A stretch of 18,325 bases of DNA. Origin: Ginkgo biloba. Lineage: Eukaryota > Plantae > Ginkgophyta. Below the pieces are notes generated by a model. It ran no database searches and was not told the DNA's origin. It saw only the letters and a program-made list of their open reading frames with translations. Below, piece by piece: positions 1 to 10,025 of this stretch. Made by a program: the position numbers and the translations under genes. The stretch lies in contig JANKJI020000002.1 of assembly GCA_024626585.2 (NCBI GenBank), positions 3,319,360 through 3,337,684 on the forward strand, written 5' to 3'. Positions within the stretch are counted from its first letter, which is position 1, and each line of letters starts with the position of its first letter.

Positions 1-399
1 CAAAGCACAACTTGATGAACTAATTAATGACTTAACTAAAGAAAATATTACATTACAGTGAAAATACACTAATATACATGCTTTGATGTGATAGTTCATC
101 ATTAATGTAGGGTGCCTTTAGTTAGAGGGCTTATTTATAATGTTTATGTATATTTGTGGTGAAATAATGATCATTTAATGTTTTATGCATTCTTTCATGT
201 ATTTTCTAAATATTCCCTATCTATATTGTATAAATCCTAGTGCCTTTGTCTAGCATAGTGGTGGCTAAAGTTGGAGACCTTTTGGGGAATCTTGAGCTTT
301 GGTTAAAGGTGCCTTTGGATGAGGATCATGTTTTACCCTTGCATTCACCAATTTAGAGTATTGACAGTTGGAATTTGGATACCTTAGTCTCATGGATGA

Positions 400-1233
400 C
401 TATGCAATTTCTATCAATCTATAGTCTATTGGTGTAGCTATAGGGTCTTTGGCTATTGGTGTACTCATGGACCAGATGGCTATTAGTCTAACTCTGACAT
501 ATGGTCTGTAGATGCAGTCATAGTGCTTTTGGAATGGGTAGGTGTATATTAGGGTCTGTTGGTGTATCCTTAGCATTTATTATACCAAAAACCATTAGTT
601 ATCAGTGAGAGATGAATACTCTAATTATTTAGTGTCATCTTGATGCTAAAGAAGGGTTATAATGACCTACTCCTGGCATCCCTATCATTGAGTGGTTTTT
701 GAGTGGATTTTAGCAGATTAGTAATAGCTTCTAGGCACTAACTATTGTATTTGTGCATCGAAAGCTTGGTTGCCTGCATTAGTAATCCCTAATAGGTGGT
801 CCCCACAACCAATAGTGGCTAGCTAGAGTCCATATTGCAAATCGACTTTGATTTAGCAATTCCCTTGTACTAAATTTGCAATTAATGGAACTTGTTTTCT
901 ACAACCATACTATCTTGTGTGTATGAATCATACATATTCATTTTACTTAATGTAAGTGACCTTATTTACTTCTTTATTAGGTTATAATTATTGCAGGTAT
1001 GGTAAGTGGAATTATTTTAATTAACAACTTTGCCTTATGACCTCACTAGCATGATGCATTCTAAGTTAATGTGAATGGATACTTATCATGTATGAGAACA
1101 TGTATAATGATTTATCATTTCAGTTATGTGTATGGACACATGTTTGTCACGGATATGGTTTAAATATATTGTCTATATTATTGTAATAATACTTATGGTA
1201 TGTATCATGGTTGAAGATGACTATGTGATACTA
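400..1233 (+). mobile_element. Degenerate long-LTR fragment (copy 1 of a local LTR family); boundaries uncertain
   Basis: 664-681 GACCTACTCCTGGCATCC matches the reverse complement of 2057-2074 at 16/18. 757-772 matches 5720-5735 at 12/16, with all differences being transitions. Non-coding. Confidence 0.55.
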
Positions 1234-1402
1234 NNNNNNNNNNNNNNNNNNNNNNNNNNNNNNNNNNNNNNNNNNNNNNNNNNNNNNNNNNNNNNNNNNN
1301 NNNNNNNNNNNNNNNNNNNNNNNNNNNNNNNNNAATTCTCTTGTCTATCGGAGTACTTGTTCTACTTTCTCCATATTCTCTACACCACCAACACAAATCC
1401 CT

Positions 1403-1635
1403 CTATAGATACTTGGGCCTCTTCTTTAGATTTTCCACATTGAAAGGATCTTCTTCTATAAGATTTGATGGAGGCTCTTTTGTCTCTTTGAACTCCCGCC
1501 ACTTCCTTTTATGTGAGTAGGTCAAAACAAGCACCTTTGACTTCCTTCTTTCTTCTTTCATCTCTTTTAGCTTAGTCTGCATGACTTGTAATTCTTTTAG
1601 AATTTTTAACTCCATACTTGTAATCACTCCCTTGA
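1403..1635 (-). mobile_element. Start of the retrotransposon internal region; possible degenerate gag N-terminus
   Basis: A charged, coiled-coil-like ORF (MELKILKELQVMQTKLKEMKEERRK) lies just downstream of the PBS. No diagnostic motif is present, so the argument is positional only. Confidence 0.3.
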
Positions 1636-1647
1636 GATTTGATACCA
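1636..1647 (-). promoter_or_regulatory. Primer-binding site (tRNA-iMet type)
   Basis: The minus strand reads TGGTATCAAATC, 10/12 identical to the canonical plant PBS TGGTATCAGAGC, and lies 1 nt from the putative LTR end. Confidence 0.65.
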
Positions 1648-1648
1648 C

Positions 1649-3261
1649 TATAAAATATCGCCCTTACTAAAACCTATAAAAAAAGATACTTTTGATCTAC
1701 AAATACATATCGCTATGATTAAATAAATGAGGCAACTTTAGTCATGCATTCAAAAATGAAAAAAAAAAATAGAAATATACAATGCAGTGGAAACCCCATA
1801 TAACACAGAGATCTAACTTGTTAATTTATGGCTGTGGTGAACAAAATGCATTAATTTACAGGGTTTCAGCAAAGGGGCTATTTGACCATGGTTGACTTGT
1901 ATTATGTGCTTCAACTCCTTATTGTTAGTCATGAATACTGCCTATTAGGCTTCACTATATGGGCAACCAAACCTCCAATTCATAAGTACTAACCATCAAC
2001 ACCTATCAATAATTATTTGGCCCCTAGACTTCACCCTATATCCCCCACACTAATGAGGATGCCAGGCATAGGTCTGTTTGGCATTAGGATAATCCTAGAA
2101 AGCTAGGCATCCACCCCATATTAATAGTTATTTAAGAAATTGGGGGTTATAAACCCTAGACTAGAAACCCTACTAGTATTAAATCACCCAACTATGGTTG
2201 CAGACCATATAGCCCATGGATACACAAGAACCATGACATCAACAACTACACAAAAGCTTGTAGAACGGGATACACCATTGAAAATTGGTAGTATGAGGTT
2301 CAACATGGAAAAGTGCCCAACTCTCTCAAGGTGATACAAAAGCCTANNNNNNNNNNNNNNNNNNNNNNNNNNNNNNNNNNNNNNNNNNNNNNNNNNNNNN
2401 NNNNNNNNNNNNNNNNNNNNNNNNNNNNNNNNNNNNNNNNNNNNNNNNNNNNNNNNNNNNNNNNNNNNNNNNNCTCTTGCTAATGCTACCAAATGCCTGT
2501 GGGGTTAGAAATGTCCTTCCTCTACAATACCAAGTTCAACGACTTACTTCCAAATGGTAAAATGTGCAAAATCTTTAGCCAAAACGCAATCGCTACCCTG
2601 CCAGAATGCTAGTGTCACCTTTCCAAGAATGCTGGTGCTTCAAACTACAATGAGGATCTCTGAAATCACCTCTATTGAGGCCGCTTTGCCCTAGAGAAGA
2701 GATTTGAGTACTTCATGATGTGGAATGGACTTCGGATCATTACTATATCTTGAAGAAACCCCACTTCCACAACATGTAAAAAAAGTAGTAGAGTACTCCA
2801 ACAACTTCTTGGGTTAGCAAAAATAGGCTAGAATGGAGAAATCAGATAGAGAGAGGTTAGGATCCTTGAATAGAGGAATAAAATGATGATATAGAGCTAC
2901 TAAAGCCCACAATAGCCCTCATATAAATAAGAATAGTTAGATTCCATCTCCCACATAAGGACTATACTTAATCTTGAAGTTGACCTCATGCTTCAAGGGC
3001 CCTTTGTGGCTCTAAGCTAACACATGATAGTGGTTGATACAAAGTGCCCTAAGCCGAGACACCCCAAAGGCTCTTACCTTTCACCTTTTTCATCTCTCCT
3101 CTACCACTTTCTCACATGAACCAACCGATAGCTAAAGAACACATGAACTAGTCTTTGAGGTTAACTTGTCCTTTTTCACACTTCTTAAGATAAGATTAAC
3201 CTAGGCTTTTTGGGCTATAACACTAACATTCATTTTAACATTTATTAGGGGCCATTTTTCA
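1649..3261 (-). mobile_element. Putative 5' LTR (~1.6 kb) of a minus-strand LTR retrotransposon (copy 2)
   Basis: On the minus strand it starts TGAAAAATGGCCCC (3261) and ends GGGCGATATTTTATA (1649, TA probably a decayed CA), an imperfect terminal inverted repeat. A PBS follows directly. It shares blocks with copies 1 and 3. Confidence 0.55.
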
Positions 3262-3274
3262 AGAGGATCATAAC

Positions 3275-4110
3275 TAAAAGTGCATTTGTCGAAGGTTCAA
3301 ACTTGGCACATGCAAATGCTTCTCACAATTGGAGGGTTTCACTGGGTAAGCAACCCCAAAAAATTGTAATTGCAAATGAAACCCTAGTGTTGAAGTATTC
3401 TTATGGATGAAATGTTAAATTTCAAGTTTGTCTTACCATTGAAATTGCATTAAAAAAAATTCTAGGAATAAGATGTCTCCCTTTATGGCTATGTATGGGT
3501 GCATGCTTTTAAGCCTACATGACTTGTTGGTATGCATGCATACTAATTTTTATTCTATCCCATGTCAAATCCTAGGTTGGCACGAGGAACAATGGAAATC
3601 CCTTGGGACGATATATGTCTATCTGTGTTATGCTTTTTATGGGTTTTTGTTTATAAGCTAGCAAAAAGGTTTGAAATGATACCTAGTATAATTTACAGCT
3701 ATCAAATTGAAAGGCTACCTACTGAATTGTTAACCATAGGGGGTAAAGGTTACTCATATTGATGGATGGCCNNNNNNNNNNNNNNNNNNNNNNNNNNNNN
3801 NNNNNNNNNNNNNNNNNNNNNNNNNNNNNNNNNNNNNNNNNNNNNNNNNNNNNNNNNNNNNNNNNNNNNNNNNNNNNNNNNNNNNNNNNNNNNNNNNNNN
3901 NNNNNNNNNNNNNNNNNTGACTAGAATGTATCTAGGTGTAAAATAGGGGTTGAAAACATACCTATAGTCTATCACCATTATTGGTGTTGGGTGAAGGGGT
4001 GAAGTCTAGTAGAGCAATCATTGTTGCTAGGTATTGACAGTTGCATGGGGATGCGATTAGAAGTTTGGTTTCCATCACTAAGCCCTTAAAGATTGACCGC
4101 AAGGCCAACA
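3275..4110 (+). mobile_element. Highly degenerate Ty3/gypsy integrase C-terminal half plus a chromodomain-like tail
   Basis: Collinear remnants across frames: GSNLAH (cf. GTQLAH), KMSPFMAMYG (cf. KMSPFMALYG), KLAKRF (cf. KLAPRF), NVSRCKIGVENIP (cf. HVSCLKKVIGQNIP), AIIVARY*QLHGDAIR (cf. AILxTRxRQLRNRAI). Many stops and frameshifts. Confidence 0.5.
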
Positions 4111-4188
4111 ACACATGATGTAGCCTTATGTCACTTTCCCCTAGATTAGCATCCCTACTCATTTTCTTTCTTATGTAGTGTGATTGTG

Positions 4189-6104
4189 TTATAAAATCCT
4201 AACACTATAATGAGTGCTTGTTGAGCATGTTTGTCTTATAGGAATAGATAGTTGTTGCAGCATGGTCAACCTTGGTCAAAGTATGGTCTAAGGAGGAAAG
4301 AAGAAGATCGAATGCATTAATTAGTTCTAAGGAAGACAAACGACCGTTATTAGAGAAGAGGGACGCTAAGAAGAAGATTAGCTTTGAAACAAGTATGTGA
4401 ATAGTGAAGTTGGCAACTAATTATGATGGTAGGACCCTTAAAAGGCCTAAAAACAACTTAAAAAGGTAAAACAACCTACCTTAAATGCTAGCGCCAACCT
4501 TCTAAGGGACAATTAACTTTTTGGAAAGAATTTTTAAGCACTAGTTAGCCTACTTGTTAATCAACTTCAAGTACAACGAAGTACAACCTAAAAGTATAAA
4601 AAGAAGGCTAAGGTTGACGTCATAAATCATCATTCCTTTGTCTCTTCTCTTCTTCTACGTCTAGCATCTTTTAAGCTACTCCTAAAAGTTATATTTTTCT
4701 GCTATTCTTCTTCCTTGAGCTTGGAAAACTGTTGTCTCTACTATTGAGCAACTTTTCTGGGAAAGTTCTTGAAGAAGAACCCCCCAACTCTAGCTATGGC
4801 TAAAGGCACTGCCTTTTGGAGACTTTATTACATGAATGGAGCTATGTGGAGTTACAGAAGAAGCCCGAACTAGGCTAGAAAGTTGTCAGTGTGCTTCTAG
4901 TAGCTGTTGTGGATCTAGTTCTATAGAATTGTTGCGTCAAGAGTGGAATATGGTAGCTACACCTTAGGCATTCTAGAAAGTGACGTTTTTGATAAAGCAA
5001 GCTTCTACATCATTGCGATAAGGAAAAACATCGAGATAAGAACCCAAAGAGGTATGTCCCATTTTATTTGTTTATATTAGTTTATGCTACTACAATGTTA
5101 CTTGTGCTTTGCATGGTTTAAATTTGTGATCTTATTGAGTATGATGTCGCAAGGGTGTATGTGTCCTGGACTGTTAGATTTAAACCTATGATAGCATTGC
5201 ACCCTAATTCATAAGGTATCGTCTACAATTTAGTATGTTTTATTTGTTGTGGGGTGAGTAGGGTATAAGGGTCTTAAGACTAAATGAGGTCTTGTGAGTA
5301 ATACCCTGGAACCCTGTGTATGGCGGCTTGCAAGTGCATGGTAACCACTGTGAGGATATGTTATAATTGGCTAGGGTTTATACTAGCAAGGCCCTTGTGT
5401 ATAAACACTTGTTATTAGGGCTAAATAGTTGGAGTAGGGCTAGCACCCCAAGAGATCCAAGAAGACTTCAGTGCTATAACTGTACTAGNNNNNNNNNNNN
5501 NNNNNNNNNNNNNNNNNNNNNNNNNNNNNNNNNNNNNNNNNNNNNNNNNNNNNNNNNNNNNNNNNNNNNNNNNNNNNNGGAGCATCTCTCACTACTAAAG
5601 AGAGAGGACCCTAGTGTCGAAAGGAGGGCTTAGAGCCTGGGGCCTTGGCACTCTTCCGACCTACAAGGGATGGATCCAAACGGGGAGGCCGTTTAGGGAT
5701 GACAATGAGCCTTGATGGCATTGGAGGTTTGGTTGGTAGCTACGATGAAGCCCTCAAGGGGTCCTCATGGACAATAGTGGGATTGTGTTGTCTTCCGTCA
5801 AGTCCTAACTCTAGTAGTCCACCTTGGAGTCTGTATAGTGGTATAAGTACATCTTAATCCTTGTATTGTGTATGGTTCATTTACTCCATTTATTTATTTA
5901 TGTGAACTTGTGCAATTGCAATGATGATGATGATTCTTATTTCCAAAGAAAGCTTATAGGCTTAATGTGGGATTATTACAATAATAGAGTTGTTAAATGG
6001 GTGGTTTTGATTGCTAGTAGAATGCCTAGTATTAAAGTAGCTAGCATGCTTGTCTTGTACTTTTATTTGTTTGTATTGCCACATGCAATGTAGTGAGATT
6101 TACA
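4189..6104 (+). mobile_element. Putative solo LTR (~1.9 kb; copy 3 of the local LTR family)
   Basis: It ends GAGATTTACA (6104) and starts (T)TATAAAATCC, a decayed TG. TTGTG flanks both sides (4184-4188 and 6105-6109). A TATA-like TATAAAAAG near 4595 is followed by a pyrimidine tract. 5720-5735 is a 16/16 match to the reverse complement of 1964-1979. Confidence 0.55.
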
Positions 6105-6364
6105 TTGTGATGCAATGAAATTGTTTTCTCTACAAGGGTAGTGCTTTTTTCAGTTTGTCTTCCTGTTTGAATATATTTAGTACATGTTTGATGTTTCATT
6201 TTCACTTCAAGACTTCTAGATTCTGATCATTCCCAGTTTTCTATGCTTGAGCCAAATGAGCCCTCTCCCTTTTTCTAAGAAACATGTTTGTCACTACTTG
6301 TTTTTCAGAACCATAAAGTTTGATACTAGTTTCATAACTGCCAATTTTTGCACTGAATGTTCAG

Positions 6365-6427
6365 GTAAATGATGCTGTCCTTACAGGGGACACACTTGTT
6401 TCTTGTTCATCAGACAGCACTCTTAAG
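6365..6427 (+). CDS. WDR48: Internal exon of a WD40-repeat protein, WDR48/UAF1 family (plant LRS1-like): VNDAVLTGDTLVSCSSDSTLK
   Basis: Acceptor tgttcAG ends at 6364 and donor GTactt starts at 6428. The exon is 63 nt, phase 0/0, with no stops. The translation matches the recalled plant WDR48/LRS1 segment (W)VNDAxLxGxxTLVSCSSDTTxK. Confidence 0.85.
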
Positions 6428-6511
6428 GTACTTTTCTGTGAGGAACACAATTATACGTCATTCTTCCATTTTTTATGTATGTGGTGATCTAAGTGATTCA
6501 AGTTCTATCAG

Positions 6512-6620
6512 ACCTGGCATGCTTTTTCTAATGGAGTTTGTACAAAAACGNNNNNNNNNNNNNNNNNNNNNNNNNCATCATTCAGACTACATTACATGTC
6601 TCGCTAAAGATGCAAACAAT
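6512..6620 (+). CDS. WDR48: Next exon of the WDR48/LRS1-like WD40 protein: TWHAFSNGVCTKT-[gap]-HHSDYITCLAKDANN
   Basis: It follows an 84-nt GT..AG intron (6428-6511, acceptor ctatcAG), and donor GTAAGA starts at 6621. It matches the recalled family segment TWxxLSDGVCTRTLRQHSDYVTCLAxxxKN. By homology the 25-N gap (6551-6575) should hold only about 6 nt (LR). Confidence 0.85.
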
Positions 6621-7449
6621 GTAAGATAATATCTTTTCAATCTATAATCAATCCTTTTTATAATCTTTCAAGGGCATAAGTAAAGCATACCATAAATGAT
6701 ATTGTCCTTGTCATCAAGCAACTGGACTGGAATAAACTTGATATACTTCTGTCAAACAACTGTAAGCACTGAATAGAGTATTCATATGTTTCATGTATAA
6801 CTGGGNNNNNNNNNNNNNNNNNNNNNNNNNNNNNNNNNNNNNNNNNNNNNNNNNNNNNNNNNNNNNNNNNNNNNNNNNNNNNNNNNNNNNNNNNNNNNNN
6901 NNNNNNNNNNNNNNNNNNNNNNNNNNNNNNNNNNNNNNNNNNNNNNNNNNNNNNNNNNNNNNNNNNNNNNNNNNNNNNNNNNNNNNNNNNNNNNNNNNNN
7001 NNNNNNNNNNNNNNNNNNNNNNNNNNNNNNNNNNNNNNNNNNNNNNNNNNNNNNNNNNNNNNNNNNNNNNNNNNNNNNNNNNNNNNNNNNNNNNNNNNNN
7101 NNNNNNNNNNNNNNNNNNNNNNNNNNNNNNNNNNNNNNNNNNNNNNNNNNNNNNNNTCAATATGTAAGATTTGAGCTTCTAGTTGTAGTTTCCCTATGGG
7201 TATTGTTCTTAATGTGATAAAGAGGATAACTTATCATTTCATAAAGTATTCAAAACACTCTATTCTTTTTAGTATTCCATCTTTGAGGAAATAGTATAGC
7301 ATAATATACAAAAGTTTTACATGATATATTCTTTTAAGTAGTAGTAAAGAAAAATATAAAAAATATATTTACATGAAAAAGTAAAAAGCTTAGATAGGAT
7401 CACATTTATTGTTGATTTGGAATTTAATATTTATTTTGATTATGCATAG

Positions 7450-7579
7450 GTTGTAAAATTAGCAGATGAGGTTGAGGCACTATTTACAAAACATTTCACT
7501 AATAATGACCGCAAAAAGGCTTTAAAACTTCTTAGACCAAGGCAGCTCAAGGATTCTCATGTTGTCACATTTTTCATTG
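7450..7579 (+). CDS. PHO1: PHO1-family (SPX-EXS phosphate exporter) exon, end of the SPX/linker region to the start of the first TM: VVKLADEVEALFTKHFTNNDRKKALKLLRPRQLKDSHVVTFFI(G)
   Basis: Acceptor gcatAG ends at 7449 and donor GTattt starts at 7580. The exon is 130 nt, phase 0/1, open frame. It closely matches the recalled PHO1 segment VVRLMDEVESIFTKHFANNDRKKAMKFLKPHQxKDSHMVTFFVG. Confidence 0.93.
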
Positions 7580-7991
7580 GTATTTATCTTCCTATTATAT
7601 TTATATGAATGTGATTGCATTTGGATTTGTGTATAAAAGCATTGATGATGTTCAACAGTGTAGCAAGGAAATATTTTATTATGAAAGAAAAAATGAAAGT
7701 TCTTTTATTAGATATTGGCAACGTAGTGAAGGCTTTTGCTGTTAGCAAGGAGCCATAATATCAATGACTTAAAAGGAAAAAAAAAATTGCACATTCTAGA
7801 TACATCTTGTACTTGCACATGACCTAACTTATGTGTGGGAACTTAGTGGCTATAAGGATGCATTTTTCTTTCTCATCTTTGTTTTCTTTAGAAATATTTA
7901 TAAATGTACTATCCTTCCACTATATACCATCACTTTGGAACCAACCTAATTCATTTATAAGTTAATGAAGAAGATTGAACCTTTTCATATC

Positions 7992-8383
7992 TGAGGGTTT
8001 ATACCCTTGCTTAACCATTTTTATCATTATGGCAAAAAGGGATAACTATGTTATCCTATTCATCCTATGGTTCTCTATCTCATACAACTCTTGTCTCTTC
8101 CCCTTTATGTGAATATTAGAATGGTTTTGGCTCTTTCTTAACCATTTAGATCTTTATCTAAGTATATAAGGACGATTCAATGCAATAAGGGAAGATTATG
8201 TTAGTTTATTCATCCTTTGTTTCTCTTTCCCTTATAACTTTGATTTCTTTCCCTTTCTTTTAATATTGTATGCGCACATTGTATTCAAGACAATATACAT
8301 GGACACACTTTCATAAGAGAGAATTGTCTTTAAATACATTATCTGTCATCTATGATTACAATTGGTAGAGGGTGAAATCGACC
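7992..8383 (+). mobile_element. Possible short LTR followed by a PBS-like sequence, in a PHO1 intron
   Basis: TG at 7992, TATATAAG at 8163, TTACA end at 8360, then TGGTAGAGGGTG from 8363, which is the LTR-2nt-TGG geometry. The priming tRNA was not identified. Confidence 0.35.
8006..8235. repeat. Degenerate direct repeat, period ~130-150 bp
   Basis: AAAAGGGATAACTATGTTATCCTATTCATCCTATGGTTCTCT (~8035) resembles ATAAGGGAAGATTATGTTAGTTTATTCATCCTTTGTTTCTCT (8185). CTTAACCATTT occurs at 8010 and 8137. Confidence 0.6.
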
Positions 8384-8495
8384 TATTCAATCAAANNNNN
8401 NNNNNNNNNNNNNNNNNNNNNNNNNNNNNNNNNNNNNNNNNNNNNNNNNNNNNNNNNNNNNNNNNNNNNNNNNNNNNNNNNNNNNNNNNNNNNNN

Positions 8496-9700
8496 GGTTT
8501 TCGAGCATGATGAACCTAGATTCTTTTTGGTTTATGATGAGGTCCTAGTGCTTGTGCAGGAACAAGTTTGTTACGGCACAGAGATCTGTGAGTTTTTTGT
8601 CAAAAAGCAGAAAGAAAGAAAGGAAGCATATTACCATTTGCAGATGATCAAAAAGTGGTCAATAGAACTGGTTAATACATAGATGTGTTACATATCCAAG
8701 GGAGTGCTTCCCAAAGATCCAAAACTAAAGCTAAAGAAATGCAAGAAAGGCAAGCCTTGAGAGCTATCAGAAGGACACATGAAAGAATGTGTTGCAGACA
8801 TTTATGCACCCACAAATATGCTAAGAGGCAAGAGCAGGGCCTCAACATGTTTAGAACACCAGAAATGGGGCTTATGTCAGTCCTTGAAGGGGTGAGGGTG
8901 GGGCAGAGACCCCTTAAATTGCTGAAGAAAGTCTAAGAGAGGCAGAGGTCAGCTTAGGAGCCTTAAAAATGATAATGTTTGCCTTCTTATCTGTCATGAA
9001 TNNNNNNNNNNNNNNNNNNNNNNNTGGAAAACCATGTCAGGCACGGTTTAGGGCAAGATTACTCAGCTTGAATCCCACCTCCCAACTCCATACAAGGATC
9101 ATATACCCATAAGGGCCTCATAAGTGCTCTGATGGTTTCAAAATGTGTAGGGAACGACTTAAAGAGCATAATTAGACAAAGGAGCAGAAATCAACCATAC
9201 AGGGCAGGTATAAAGCCTGCATACAGCCCTCAAAGAGGTTCGGCAACGTATAGATAGTGTATATATCCTGTTTTTTGGGCTAAGGAACCTGGAAGCAATA
9301 ATTATTACCTTAAAACAGTTGTCCGTACTCTTGTGGAGGTTCATTGGGCATTTCAGAGGTAGAATACTCTTTTGGAGGTTCATTGGGCATCTCAGAGGTA
9401 GAATTTGCTANNNNNNNNNNNNNNNNNNNNNNNNNNNNNNNNNNNTATACACAGGGTGTATACAGCAGGTACAGTGAGTGATAGGGAAAATATAGCCTTG
9501 AGAATTTCTCTAAAAAACCATTGAAAGGATTCATTGGGTTCCAAATGATTTGGTCAAGCATGAAGGTGTCACAAAGTATCTAGTAGAAAGGACAGAGGGC
9601 ATATTTTTGTACTGCTTTACTACTATAGTAGAAAAAGTCGGCAGACAAAACACGAAGCCTTCTGTCATTATTGTTGATGCATGTTTTGTACACAAGCTCC
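8496..9700 (+). mobile_element. Degenerate Ty3/gypsy Tat/Ogre-type pol remnant (aRNaseH end, linker, integrase N-terminus, GPY/F-like end)
   Basis: FEHDEPRFFLVYDEV (cf. FEAKDPRxxxYxxEV); NWLI..YISKGVLPKDPK (cf. W..I..YL..GxLPxD); QALRAIRRTHERMCCRH (cf. EAxxxMxEVHEGxCGxH); LGSK*FG near 9535 (cf. KLGPxWEGP). Large deletions and many stops. Confidence 0.5.
9326..9404. repeat. Tandem duplication, 39 bp x 2
   Basis: TACTCTTGTGGAGGTTCATTGGGCATTTCAGAGGTAGAA (9326-9364) versus 9365-9403, 37/39 identical. Confidence 0.95.
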
Positions 9701-9703
9701 AAC

Positions 9704-9801
9704 AGGGTGATGGGTGTAACACCCGCTTGTTTTAGGATCCCTGCTAGTATCAGGACCCAAGGTACGGAAAACTCAAGACAAATAGCTCAGATGAGTAATA
9801 T
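9704..9801 (+). mobile_element. PPT-like tract and LTR 5' end
   Basis: Purine-rich AGGGTGATGGG (9704-9714) is followed by TGTAACACCCG (9715), a common gypsy LTR start. It is truncated by a 100-N gap. Confidence 0.5.
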
Positions 9802-10025
9802 NNNNNNNNNNNNNNNNNNNNNNNNNNNNNNNNNNNNNNNNNNNNNNNNNNNNNNNNNNNNNNNNNNNNNNNNNNNNNNNNNNNNNNNNNNNNNNNNNNN
9901 NATTTTATGATTTGTTATTCTATGAGTTATTGTGGTAAATTATTATTCTTTTACTCGTGAGTTATTATTTTCGCTACATTGTTAGTAGTTCCCACTTTGG
10001 GGCACTACAGAATCCATGGGCGCAC

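Noticed and set aside
5729-5774. Hammerhead ribozyme (retrozyme) or Cassandra 5S rRNA in the LTR motif
   Set aside because: GATGAA plus a hairpin is suggestive, but the CTGATGA and GAAA core boxes are absent and I see no 5S similarity.
6369-6629. ORF 6369..6629 as a single-exon protein
   Set aside because: It is out of frame with the WD40 exons before the gap and reads through an intron. Only HHSDYITCLAKDANN is real.
6714-7167. Long ORFs 6714..7160 and 6793..7167, and other X-filled ORFs in the track
   Set aside because: Their length comes from runs of N, and there is no recognisable protein signal.
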